From contig CACMRG010000013.1 of the NCBI GenBank assembly GCA_902616005.1, positions 6,103 through 38,102 on the forward strand: a stretch of 32,000 nt of DNA, in the 5' to 3' direction. Of this stretch, positions 25,595-32,000 are shown piece by piece. The stretch comes from an uncultured SAR116 cluster alpha proteobacterium. GTDB lineage: Bacteria > Pseudomonadota > Alphaproteobacteria > Puniceispirillales > Marisalimonadaceae. Made by a program: the position numbers and the translations under genes. The notes under the pieces were generated by a model that was not told the DNA's origin, made no database searches, and saw nothing but the letters and a program-made list of their open reading frames with translations. How positions within the stretch are numbered: the stretch's first letter is position 1; each line of letters begins with the position of its first letter.

Positions 25595-26590
25595 ATGGAT
25601 TGGGTTAATAAACATTTACAAATAGTACCAATAAATACCTTTATTGATCCAATTTTTCCAGTTGAAAATGCAATCATAACTCATGCTCATGCTGACCATG
25701 CAAAACCTGGCCATAAGAATGTTCTTGCAACAAAACATACAATAAAAATTATGAAAATTAGATATGGTGAAAATTGTGCAAATAATTTTCAAGAATTATC
25801 ATTTAATTCTCCATTAAATATAAATGGTGTGAAAGTTACTTTTTTTCCAGCTGGGCATATATTAGGAAGTGCTCAAGTTTTACTTGAATATCAAAAAGAT
25901 AAAATAAATTTTACTGGTGATTTTAAAATAACGAAAGATGATACTTGTGAAAACTTTAGACCAGTCACATGCGATACATTAGTAACTGAAGCTACATTTG
26001 GCCTACCTATATTTCAACATCCAGATCCAGAAGTTGAAATAAATAAATTAATAAATTCATTAAAAAATTTTTCAAATCGTCCTCATTTAATTGGTGTTTA
26101 TGCTCTTGGAAAAGCCCAACGTTTAATTAAATTATTAAGAAATAAAGGATATGATGAAACTATTTTTATCCATGGAGCATTAGAGAAGATTTGTGATTAT
26201 TATGTTCAGTCTGGGATAAATTTAGGAAATTTATCCAAGGCTCTTATTAAAGGTGAAAAAAAAGATTTTAATGGAAAGATTATCTTAGCACCACCTTCAG
26301 CTCTAAAATCAACCTGGTCAAGAAGATTTATAGACCCTATATTGTCTCACGCTTCTGGATGGATGTCAGTAAAACAAAGAGCGAAACAGAGTTTGGTTGA
26401 ATTACCTTTATTAATATCAGATCATGCTGATTGGAATGAATTAACATCGAATATAAATAATAGTTTAGCAAAAAATATTTTAGTAACACATGGTCGAGAA
26501 GAGGCTTTAGTACATTGGTGTAAAAAAAGAGGCTTAAAAGCATCCGCATTATCTATTCAAGGGAGAGATGATAGTGGAGAAGAAATTTGA
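25595..26590 (+). CDS. Ligase-associated DNA damage response exonuclease (metallo-beta-lactamase / beta-CASP fold)
   Basis: 331 aa with ITHAHADHA (HxHxDH) and later GH, D and H motifs (FPAGHILGSA, ISDHADW, VTHG). It is followed by the ATP-dependent ligase with a TTGA overlap. Confidence 0.85.
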   Translation: MDWVNKHLQIVPINTFIDPIFPVENAIITHAHADHAKPGHKNVLATKHTIKIMKIRYGENCANNFQELSFNSPLNINGVKVTFFPAGHILGSAQVLLEYQKDKINFTGDFKITKDDTCENFRPVTCDTLVTEATFGLPIFQHPDPEVEINKLINSLKNFSNRPHLIGVYALGKAQRLIKLLRNKGYDETIFIHGALEKICDYYVQSGINLGNLSKALIKGEKKDFNGKIILAPPSALKSTWSRRFIDPILSHASGWMSVKQRAKQSLVELPLLISDHADWNELTSNINNSLAKNILVTHGREEALVHWCKKRGLKASALSIQGRDDSGEEI

Positions 26591-28158
26591 AAGAGTTTAG
26601 CCAATTAATTAATCAGTTAATTCTTACTAGATCAAGAAATAGAAAAATTGAGCTATTAAACCATTATTTTAAAAATACCGAAAATCCTGACAGAGGATTA
26701 GCTTTAGCTATTTTGACAGGAAATTTGAAAATTAAAAATATTTCCATTTCAAAAATTAAAGAACTAATCAAAAAAGAATTTGATCCTGAACTGTTTGATT
26801 TATCATATGATTATGTTGGTGATCTTGCTGAAACAATAGCTTTAATTTGGCCATATAAACAAAAAGGTAAAGTACCAAAATTAAACTTTATTATAGATGA
26901 ATTAGAAAGTTCAAGTACTACGAATATAACCAAATTAATAAAAAAATATCTTTCAATTTTTTCAGAAAATGAGAGATGGGCATTTATTAAACTTTTATCT
27001 GGTGGTTTAAGAATTGGTGTTTCAACTAGGTTAACAAAACTTTCATTAATTCATAACACTACTATTGAGATCTCAGAAATTGAACAAATTTGGCATGGTG
27101 TAGTTCCTCCCTACAATAAATTATTTAATTGGATTTTTGGAAAAGGTGCTAAACCTGAAATAGAAGTTGAGAAAGTATTTCATCCTTTAATGCTAGCTCA
27201 TCCAATTGAAAAAAAAGATTTTAACAACTTAAAGCCAGAGGAATTTTTAGCAGAATGGAAGTGGGATGGAATAAGAGTACAATTAGTTTTATTTAAATCC
27301 AAAATCAGAATCTTCTCTCGAACTGGGGATGATATTTCACATACTTTTCCAGAAATACAGAATAATGAAAATGACTTAGTCGTTTTAGATGGAGAACTTT
27401 TGGTTGGAAATGATTTTACACCTCTCAAATTTAATAAATTGCAACAAAGATTAAATAGAAAAAAAGTATCAAAAGTTCATTTAGAAAACTTTCCAGCTTT
27501 TGTAAAACTTTATGACATTTTATTTTTAAAAAACAGAGATTTAAGAAACTTAGGTTTTTCAAAGAGACGAGAAATTTTATTAGATTGGCATGATAAAGTA
27601 CAAAATAAATTTTTTGATCTTTCTGAAGTTGTCAAATTTAAAACTTGGGCAGAACTTACAAATATTAAGTCCAAAAAATTGAATAAAAGCGAACACGAAG
27701 GTTTGATGATTAAAAGGAAAAATAGTGCCTACATTTCAGGAAGACCAAAAGGTCATTGGTATAAATGGAAAAATGAGCCATTAGTTGTAGATGCAATTAT
27801 GATGTATGCCCAAAGGGGCCATGGTAAAAGAAGCTCATATTATTCAGATTTCACATTTGGTCTTTGGGATCAAAATAATATAGTCCCAATTTGCAAAGCT
27901 TATTTTGGATTTAGCAATGAAGAATTAGAAATATTAGATAAGTTTGTTCGGGGTAATACCATTAATAAGTTTGGACCCGTTAGAGAAGTCGAGAAAAAAT
28001 TTGTGGTTGAGATAGCATTTGATTCAGTAGATTTTAGCAAAAGACACAAATCTGGCGTAGCTTTACGTTTTCCAAGAATCAAACGTTTAAGACGAGATAA
28101 ACCTATTAATGAAGTTATAAATATCGACTTATTTAAAGAAAATTTTATAGCTAGTTAA
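26587..28158 (+). CDS. ATP-dependent DNA ligase (ligase-associated damage response / 'cisplatin damage response' type)
   Basis: 523 aa with the adenylation motif I AEWKWDGIR (KxDG), motif III VLDGELL, motif IV EGLMIK, motif V WYKWK, and a C-terminal OB region ending in RFPRIKRLRRDK. The TTG start overlaps the exonuclease stop. Confidence 0.9.
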   Translation: MKEFSQLINQLILTRSRNRKIELLNHYFKNTENPDRGLALAILTGNLKIKNISISKIKELIKKEFDPELFDLSYDYVGDLAETIALIWPYKQKGKVPKLNFIIDELESSSTTNITKLIKKYLSIFSENERWAFIKLLSGGLRIGVSTRLTKLSLIHNTTIEISEIEQIWHGVVPPYNKLFNWIFGKGAKPEIEVEKVFHPLMLAHPIEKKDFNNLKPEEFLAEWKWDGIRVQLVLFKSKIRIFSRTGDDISHTFPEIQNNENDLVVLDGELLVGNDFTPLKFNKLQQRLNRKKVSKVHLENFPAFVKLYDILFLKNRDLRNLGFSKRREILLDWHDKVQNKFFDLSEVVKFKTWAELTNIKSKKLNKSEHEGLMIKRKNSAYISGRPKGHWYKWKNEPLVVDAIMMYAQRGHGKRSSYYSDFTFGLWDQNNIVPICKAYFGFSNEELEILDKFVRGNTINKFGPVREVEKKFVVEIAFDSVDFSKRHKSGVALRFPRIKRLRRDKPINEVINIDLFKENFIAS

Positions 28159-28229
28159 CAAGTAAAATTTATTGTTACTTGACTCTCTTTGCTTTCCTTA
28201 GAATAGTAATAATAATAAGTATTAATCTC

Positions 28230-28235
28230 AGGAGG
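28230..28235 (+). promoter_or_regulatory. Strong Shine-Dalgarno (AGGAGG) for tctC
   Basis: AGGAGG lies 5 nt upstream of the ATG at 28241. It is by far the best SD match I saw in this window, where most genes have weak SDs or none. Confidence 0.7.
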
Positions 28236-28240
28236 AATTA

Positions 28241-29218
28241 ATGATTAATAAAAAAACACTTTTGAGCATTGGATCAGGTCTAACTATCCTAACAGGTCTA
28301 GTAGCATTTACCACTGCTCCAAGTTTTGCTGACAAAAAACCAGCTATTGAAGTAGTTACTCACGCTGGTGCTGGAGGTGGAACAGATGTTAACTCAAGAA
28401 TGATGATGTTAAGATCAAGAAGAACTTTGAAACAAGACATGGTTGTTGTTAATAAAAGAGGTGGTGGTGGTGCCGCTGCAATGAACTATTTCATGACAAG
28501 ACCAGCAGATGGAAATACGATATTAACTTTTACAGTTGGACACGCTATTACAATGGCTATGGGTAAAACTAAGTTAAAAGTTAGTGATATGGCTCCAATA
28601 GCAAGAGGCACTAACGACCCTCAAATTCTTATGGTTAATTGTAAAAAGAGTCCTTACAAAACACCTGAAGATTTTGTTGCTGGCATGAAGAAAGGTGACA
28701 AGATGACCTTTGGAGGAACTCATACCGGTACAATTGATCATATTACTGTTTATTTATGGGCTAAGAAACTTGGCCAAAAAATGCCTAAATATATCCCATT
28801 TAAAGGTGGAGCAGAGTTAGCGACAAGACTTGTCGCTGGAGAAGTTGATGTAGGAACACTTAATTTATCTGAAGCAGCAGCACCGGTTGAAGCTGGCGAT
28901 GTTTGTCCACTTGTAATTTTAGGGGAAAACGCGATGGCTCCTATTCCAAAAGCTAAAACAGCTAAATCTCTTGGAATAGACCTAGTTCTTTCAACAACAA
29001 GAGGTTTCGTAACTCATGCTGGCGTTGATAAAGCTAGAGTTGCCGAACTTGAAAAAGGAATGGCGAAAGCGATGAAACATTCTATGTATCAAGCTTATTT
29101 AGCTAATTCTGGATTAGATAACACTTCACCTCAACCTTCTGGACCTTGGGGTAAGCAAATTGCTTTCATGGTTGGTGAGTTTGGACCGGCTCTTAAAGAA
29201 ATGGGCTTAATGAAGTAA
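28241..29218 (+). CDS. tctC: Tripartite tricarboxylate transporter (TTT) substrate-binding protein, TctC/Bug family
   Basis: 325 aa. It has the signal peptide ...LVAFTTAPSFA, then AGAGGGTDVNSRMM...VVVNKRGGGGAAAMNY...PADGNTIL, typical of Bug/TctC receptors. Confidence 0.85.
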   Translation: MINKKTLLSIGSGLTILTGLVAFTTAPSFADKKPAIEVVTHAGAGGGTDVNSRMMMLRSRRTLKQDMVVVNKRGGGGAAAMNYFMTRPADGNTILTFTVGHAITMAMGKTKLKVSDMAPIARGTNDPQILMVNCKKSPYKTPEDFVAGMKKGDKMTFGGTHTGTIDHITVYLWAKKLGQKMPKYIPFKGGAELATRLVAGEVDVGTLNLSEAAAPVEAGDVCPLVILGENAMAPIPKAKTAKSLGIDLVLSTTRGFVTHAGVDKARVAELEKGMAKAMKHSMYQAYLANSGLDNTSPQPSGPWGKQIAFMVGEFGPALKEMGLMK

Positions 29219-29227
29219 ATATTTATT

Positions 29228-29255
29228 AATGCCCTCTTTCATATAAGGGGGCATT
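29228..29255 (+). promoter_or_regulatory. 11-bp intercistronic stem-loop after tctC
   Basis: AATGCCCTCTT (29228-29238), loop TCATAT, AAGGGGGCATT (29245-29255). All positions pair if U29235-G29248 is a wobble. It begins 10 nt after the tctC stop, and no T-run follows it. Confidence 0.6.
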
Positions 29256-29267
29256 AAAATAAAAATT

Positions 29268-29729
29268 ATGTCTAATAAATTTTATACAGTTCCTTTATTC
29301 CTTACAATATTCTCAATAATTGTAATTGGAATATCTTTACAGTTAGATACTTCGCCTGAAATGATTGTTGGTGACAGTATGCAAGCTAGATCTTTTCCAA
29401 TTTTTTTAATGGTCCTGATGCTTGTTTTAATAGCTGTATTAACATTACAATATAAAACAAATAATCCCGAGCCAATAAAATTAGAAAAATTTCCAACTTG
29501 GGGAAGTATGGGCTTATTTTTAATTTTTTATTTATTAACAGTTTATACAGATATGTTTATTGGAATTTTTGTAGTGATGTTATTGATGGGTTTATTATGG
29601 GGTGAAAAGAGAATTTGGCTTTCTTTTTTAACTGCAACTTTGACCCCCTTATTAATTTTTTTATTGTTTGATTTCGTATTAAAAATTAGATTTCCAAGAG
29701 GAATTCTTATGGACATGTATTATGGTTAG
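29268..29729 (+). CDS. tctB: TTT small membrane subunit (TctB family)
   Basis: 153 aa with four predicted hydrophobic helices. Its position between tctC and tctA supports the call. Confidence 0.75.
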   Translation: MSNKFYTVPLFLTIFSIIVIGISLQLDTSPEMIVGDSMQARSFPIFLMVLMLVLIAVLTLQYKTNNPEPIKLEKFPTWGSMGLFLIFYLLTVYTDMFIGIFVVMLLMGLLWGEKRIWLSFLTATLTPLLIFLLFDFVLKIRFPRGILMDMYYG

Positions 29730-29740
29730 GGAATTTTCAA

Positions 29741-31222
29741 ATGTTTGAACAAGGGTTAATGGCAATGCTATCAGTTGCAACTGATCCTTATTTGCTTTTT
29801 TTAATTTTTGTTACAACAATTTTAGGAGTTGTAATTGGAGTATTACCGGGTTTAGGTGCGACTACTGGGGCTGCACTCCTATTACCTTTTACTCTAACTA
29901 TGGACCCTGTTCACGCTATAGCAGTCCTTGCAACAATTTATGTCTCAGCAACTTTTGCTGGATCAATAACTGCTATCTTAATTAATACACCTGGAACTTC
30001 TGCGGCTGCGGCAACAACATTTGATGGATATCCTCTTGCTCAAAAAGGCGAAGCGGGAAGAGCGTTGGGTATTGCTGTGATTTCAAGTACCGTTGGTGGG
30101 GTATTTTCTGTAATAGTTTTGTGTTTTGCAGCACCTTTGTTAGCTAGAGTAGCGTACGAATTTCGATCACCTGAATATTTTGCCTTAACAGTTTTTGGAT
30201 TATCAATGCTTGCGAGTATTAGTGCTGGTGGAGCCGTTAAAAATCTAATAGGTGGAATATTTGGAGTTTGGTTATCAACAATTGGAGCAGAACGAGTTAC
30301 AGGAATTGAACGATTTATGTTTGGTAACTACGAACTCTATGAGGGCATTCATTTTGTTCCAATTTTTATTGGACTTTTTGCTATTTCAGAACTTTTAGTT
30401 CAATCAAAAACTGTTAATAAAATTGTAAATACTGTAAGTATGAAAGCTGTCAAACTGCCAACAAAAGAAGATTATAAGAAAATTTGGAAGACAATTTTGA
30501 GATCTTGTGGAATTGGGACTTTTATAGGTGTTTTACCAGCAGAAGGTGCCACTGTTGCATCAATGATTGGATATTCCGAAGCAAGAAGATGGTCAAAAAA
30601 TAAAGAAGAATTTGGAAAAGGTTCTATTGAAGGCATAGCAGGTGCTGAAGCAGCAAATAATTCTGCAACTGGTGGTGCGATGGTACCAACAATGGTTTTA
30701 GGCATTCCTGGCAGTGGAACTACTGCAATCATATTAGTTGGGTTAATGGTGCATGGCTTAAGACCAGGTGTGTACTTGTTTACAGAACAAGTTGAAAAAG
30801 TTTATCAAATATTTGGTTCAATGTTTTTTGCAAATATTATGTTTATGTTAATGGGTCTATATGCTGCCAGGTTATTTGCCAGGGTTTCACTTGTACCTAC
30901 AGCTATATTATGGCCAATTGTTTTTGGTCTTTCTGTTATTGGTGCATATGCTTTCCAAGGCCAACTCTTAGATGTTTGGCTTGCTTTAATTTTTGGAGTA
31001 ATTGGTTTTTTTGCTCGAAGACATGGTTTCTCTGTGGCTCCAATAGCAGTAGGTTTAATTCTTGGCGAAATGGTTGAAACTAATTTACAACATTCTCTAA
31101 AAATGTTTGATGGAGCATGGTGGATGATCTTTACTCAACCTCTTGCACTAATGTTTTTAATTTTTGCATTTTTGGGATTGTGTGGACCATACATATATTC
31201 ATTAATTATGAAGAGAAAGTAA
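29741..31222 (+). CDS. tctA: TTT large permease subunit (TctA family)
   Basis: 493 aa and polytopic. GVLPGLGATTGAALLLPFT and PGSGTTAIILVGLMVHGLRPG are typical TctA segments. Confidence 0.88.
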   Translation: MFEQGLMAMLSVATDPYLLFLIFVTTILGVVIGVLPGLGATTGAALLLPFTLTMDPVHAIAVLATIYVSATFAGSITAILINTPGTSAAAATTFDGYPLAQKGEAGRALGIAVISSTVGGVFSVIVLCFAAPLLARVAYEFRSPEYFALTVFGLSMLASISAGGAVKNLIGGIFGVWLSTIGAERVTGIERFMFGNYELYEGIHFVPIFIGLFAISELLVQSKTVNKIVNTVSMKAVKLPTKEDYKKIWKTILRSCGIGTFIGVLPAEGATVASMIGYSEARRWSKNKEEFGKGSIEGIAGAEAANNSATGGAMVPTMVLGIPGSGTTAIILVGLMVHGLRPGVYLFTEQVEKVYQIFGSMFFANIMFMLMGLYAARLFARVSLVPTAILWPIVFGLSVIGAYAFQGQLLDVWLALIFGVIGFFARRHGFSVAPIAVGLILGEMVETNLQHSLKMFDGAWWMIFTQPLALMFLIFAFLGLCGPYIYSLIMKRK

Positions 31223-31976
31223 AATCATAATTTAAAAATCCATTTAGTATTAAATATATTGAAATAATTGTTAAAATTGAGTTAAGAAATGTCTTAAAGT
31301 ACTTTTGACCAAATTTAATTAAAACTTTTTTACCTATATATGTACCTATGAAACCTGCAATTATCATCAATAAAATGATATGAAAGTAATCTGAAAAACT
31401 AAATCCCATAAATCCAAATACTAAAACTTTTATAGAATGCTGCATTGACATCAGCGCTGAATGAGTTGCCGTATGACTTAGTGGATTTAATTTCATCGTC
31501 TTAACCATACCAGCAATAAAAGGACCAGTAGCTCCAAAAAACATAGTTAAAAAACTTGAAAAAATTCCTCCTATAATAATGTATCTTGATTTAATTGCAG
31601 GTATCTTTCCATAAACTGTCCACAAAATAAAAAAACCTACAATCAACTGAATAAACCAACCTGGAAACTGAATAAAAGTATAGCCTCCAAATAAACTCCC
31701 TATAATAGTTCCAATAAAAAAAGGTAAAATGGGTTTTTTGTAAACATCTTTAATCATAAGAAGCATTCTCCCAAAATTTGAAGCAATTTGAACAGAACCA
31801 TGAACAGGCAGTAAAGCTATTGGATTTAGGAATATTGCTAACAAACCTAAAAACACAGCCCCTCCTCCAATACCAAATGCTGCAGATATAAAAGAAGTGA
31901 ACATACTTGAGAAAATAAGAAAAATAATACTAAACTCAGATAACTCTTCTGGAAAAGTGATATAAAGAAGATCCAT
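31206..31976 (-). CDS. TauE/SafE (DUF81) family membrane permease, putative sulfite/organosulfur anion exporter
   Basis: 256 aa with about 8 hydrophobic helices. The internally duplicated G-rich helices (AFGIGGGAVFLGLL; FFGATGPFIAGMV) are typical of the TauE/DUF81 family. The 3' end overlaps the tctA 3' end by 17 nt. Confidence 0.7.
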   Translation of the reverse strand: MDLLYITFPEELSEFSIIFLIFSSMFTSFISAAFGIGGGAVFLGLLAIFLNPIALLPVHGSVQIASNFGRMLLMIKDVYKKPILPFFIGTIIGSLFGGYTFIQFPGWFIQLIVGFFILWTVYGKIPAIKSRYIIIGGIFSSFLTMFFGATGPFIAGMVKTMKLNPLSHTATHSALMSMQHSIKVLVFGFMGFSFSDYFHIILLMIIAGFIGTYIGKKVLIKFGQKYFKTFLNSILTIISIYLILNGFLNYDFTFSS

Positions 31977-32000
31977 GTAATCTTTACTTTTCTGTAAAAG

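Noticed and set aside
25450-25720. LexA/SOS box near the divergent lhr/exonuclease starts.
   Set aside because: I found no GTTC-N7-GTTC or GAAC-N7-GAAC direct repeat and no CTGT-N8-ACAG palindrome by eye. Absence by eye is not proof, so a matrix scan is suggested in the findings.
28159-28181. Hairpin CAAGTAA-N9-TTACTTG immediately after the DNA ligase stop, as a possible terminator.
   Set aside because: The stem is only 7 AT-rich base pairs with a 9-nt loop and no following T-run. That is too weak to call a terminator.
815-30732. Nineteen short ORFs in the track lie antisense to, or out of frame within, the long genes. They are 815-1063, 1604-1804, 1734-1931, 2256-2438, 3050-3430, 8883-9359, 9730-9942, 12475-12672, 14383-14616, 15907-16113, 16702-16902, 17101-17421, 20932-21204, 22094-22354, 22985-23176, 26337-26549, 27198-27428, 27900-28082 and 30472-30732.
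   Set aside because: Each is fully or largely nested in a much longer ORF that has clear family motifs. Their translations are low-complexity (S/F/L/I/P-rich) shadow-frame products with no recognisable motifs. Such ORFs are expected by chance opposite coding DNA.
1-32000. Search for CRISPR arrays, tandem or inverted long repeats, IS elements, integrases, tRNA/rRNA genes and toxin-antitoxin or restriction-type defence genes.
   Set aside because: I found none. Every spacer longer than 40 bp was read on both strands and contains only AT-rich promoter-like sequence or the hairpins listed. No ORF shows transposase, integrase, nuclease-defence or toxin motifs.

Overview
This is a very AT-rich and extremely gene-dense chromosomal segment. 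By my tally of gaps, about 0.8 kb of the 32 kb is non-coding, and the largest spacer is 128 bp. Composition, the many 1-4 nt gene overlaps and the gene content suggest a streamlined marine alphaproteobacterium of the SAR11/Pelagibacterales type. That is an inference; no search was run, and all family calls rest on motif recognition in the translations.

Gene content in order:
- fbp-tkt-pgk central-carbon operon (- strand; pgk runs off the left edge).
- A nitrogen neighbourhood: half-size GlnE-like nucleotidyltransferase, amt ammonium transporter, and a convergent glutamate dehydrogenase.
- An eight-gene + strand operon: TerB-like, ivd, mccB, enoyl-CoA hydratase, AhpD/CMD-like CxxC protein, a second acyl-CoA dehydrogenase, and a family-III CoA-transferase.
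- An NrtS-like small membrane protein plus a shikimate-dehydrogenase-family gene.
- A 102-aa orphan ORF.
- A complete LIV-type branched-chain amino-acid ABC importer (livK-H-M-G-F).
- A tightly coupled - strand string: lhr, pdeM, TIGR03643-like, coq7, DCC-family, and an unlisted 59-aa sORF. It sits back-to-back with exonuclease plus ATP-dependent DNA ligase. Together these form the four-gene ligase-associated DNA damage response module.
- A tctCBA tripartite tricarboxylate-type transporter, convergent with a TauE/SafE-family permease.

I see no tRNA/rRNA, CRISPR, IS or phage remnants, or recognisable defence or toxin systems. This reads as core housekeeping DNA rather than an accessory island.

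The items most worth a second look:
- The single-module GlnE-like gene beside a glnK-less amt.
- The liu-like operon that lacks mccA and HMG-CoA lyase but carries a CMD/ACAD/CoA-transferase trio of unknown substrate.
- The small HTH-like TIGR03643 protein and coq7/DCC genes translationally coupled to the ligase-associated repair genes, whose divergent halves are only 17 bp apart.
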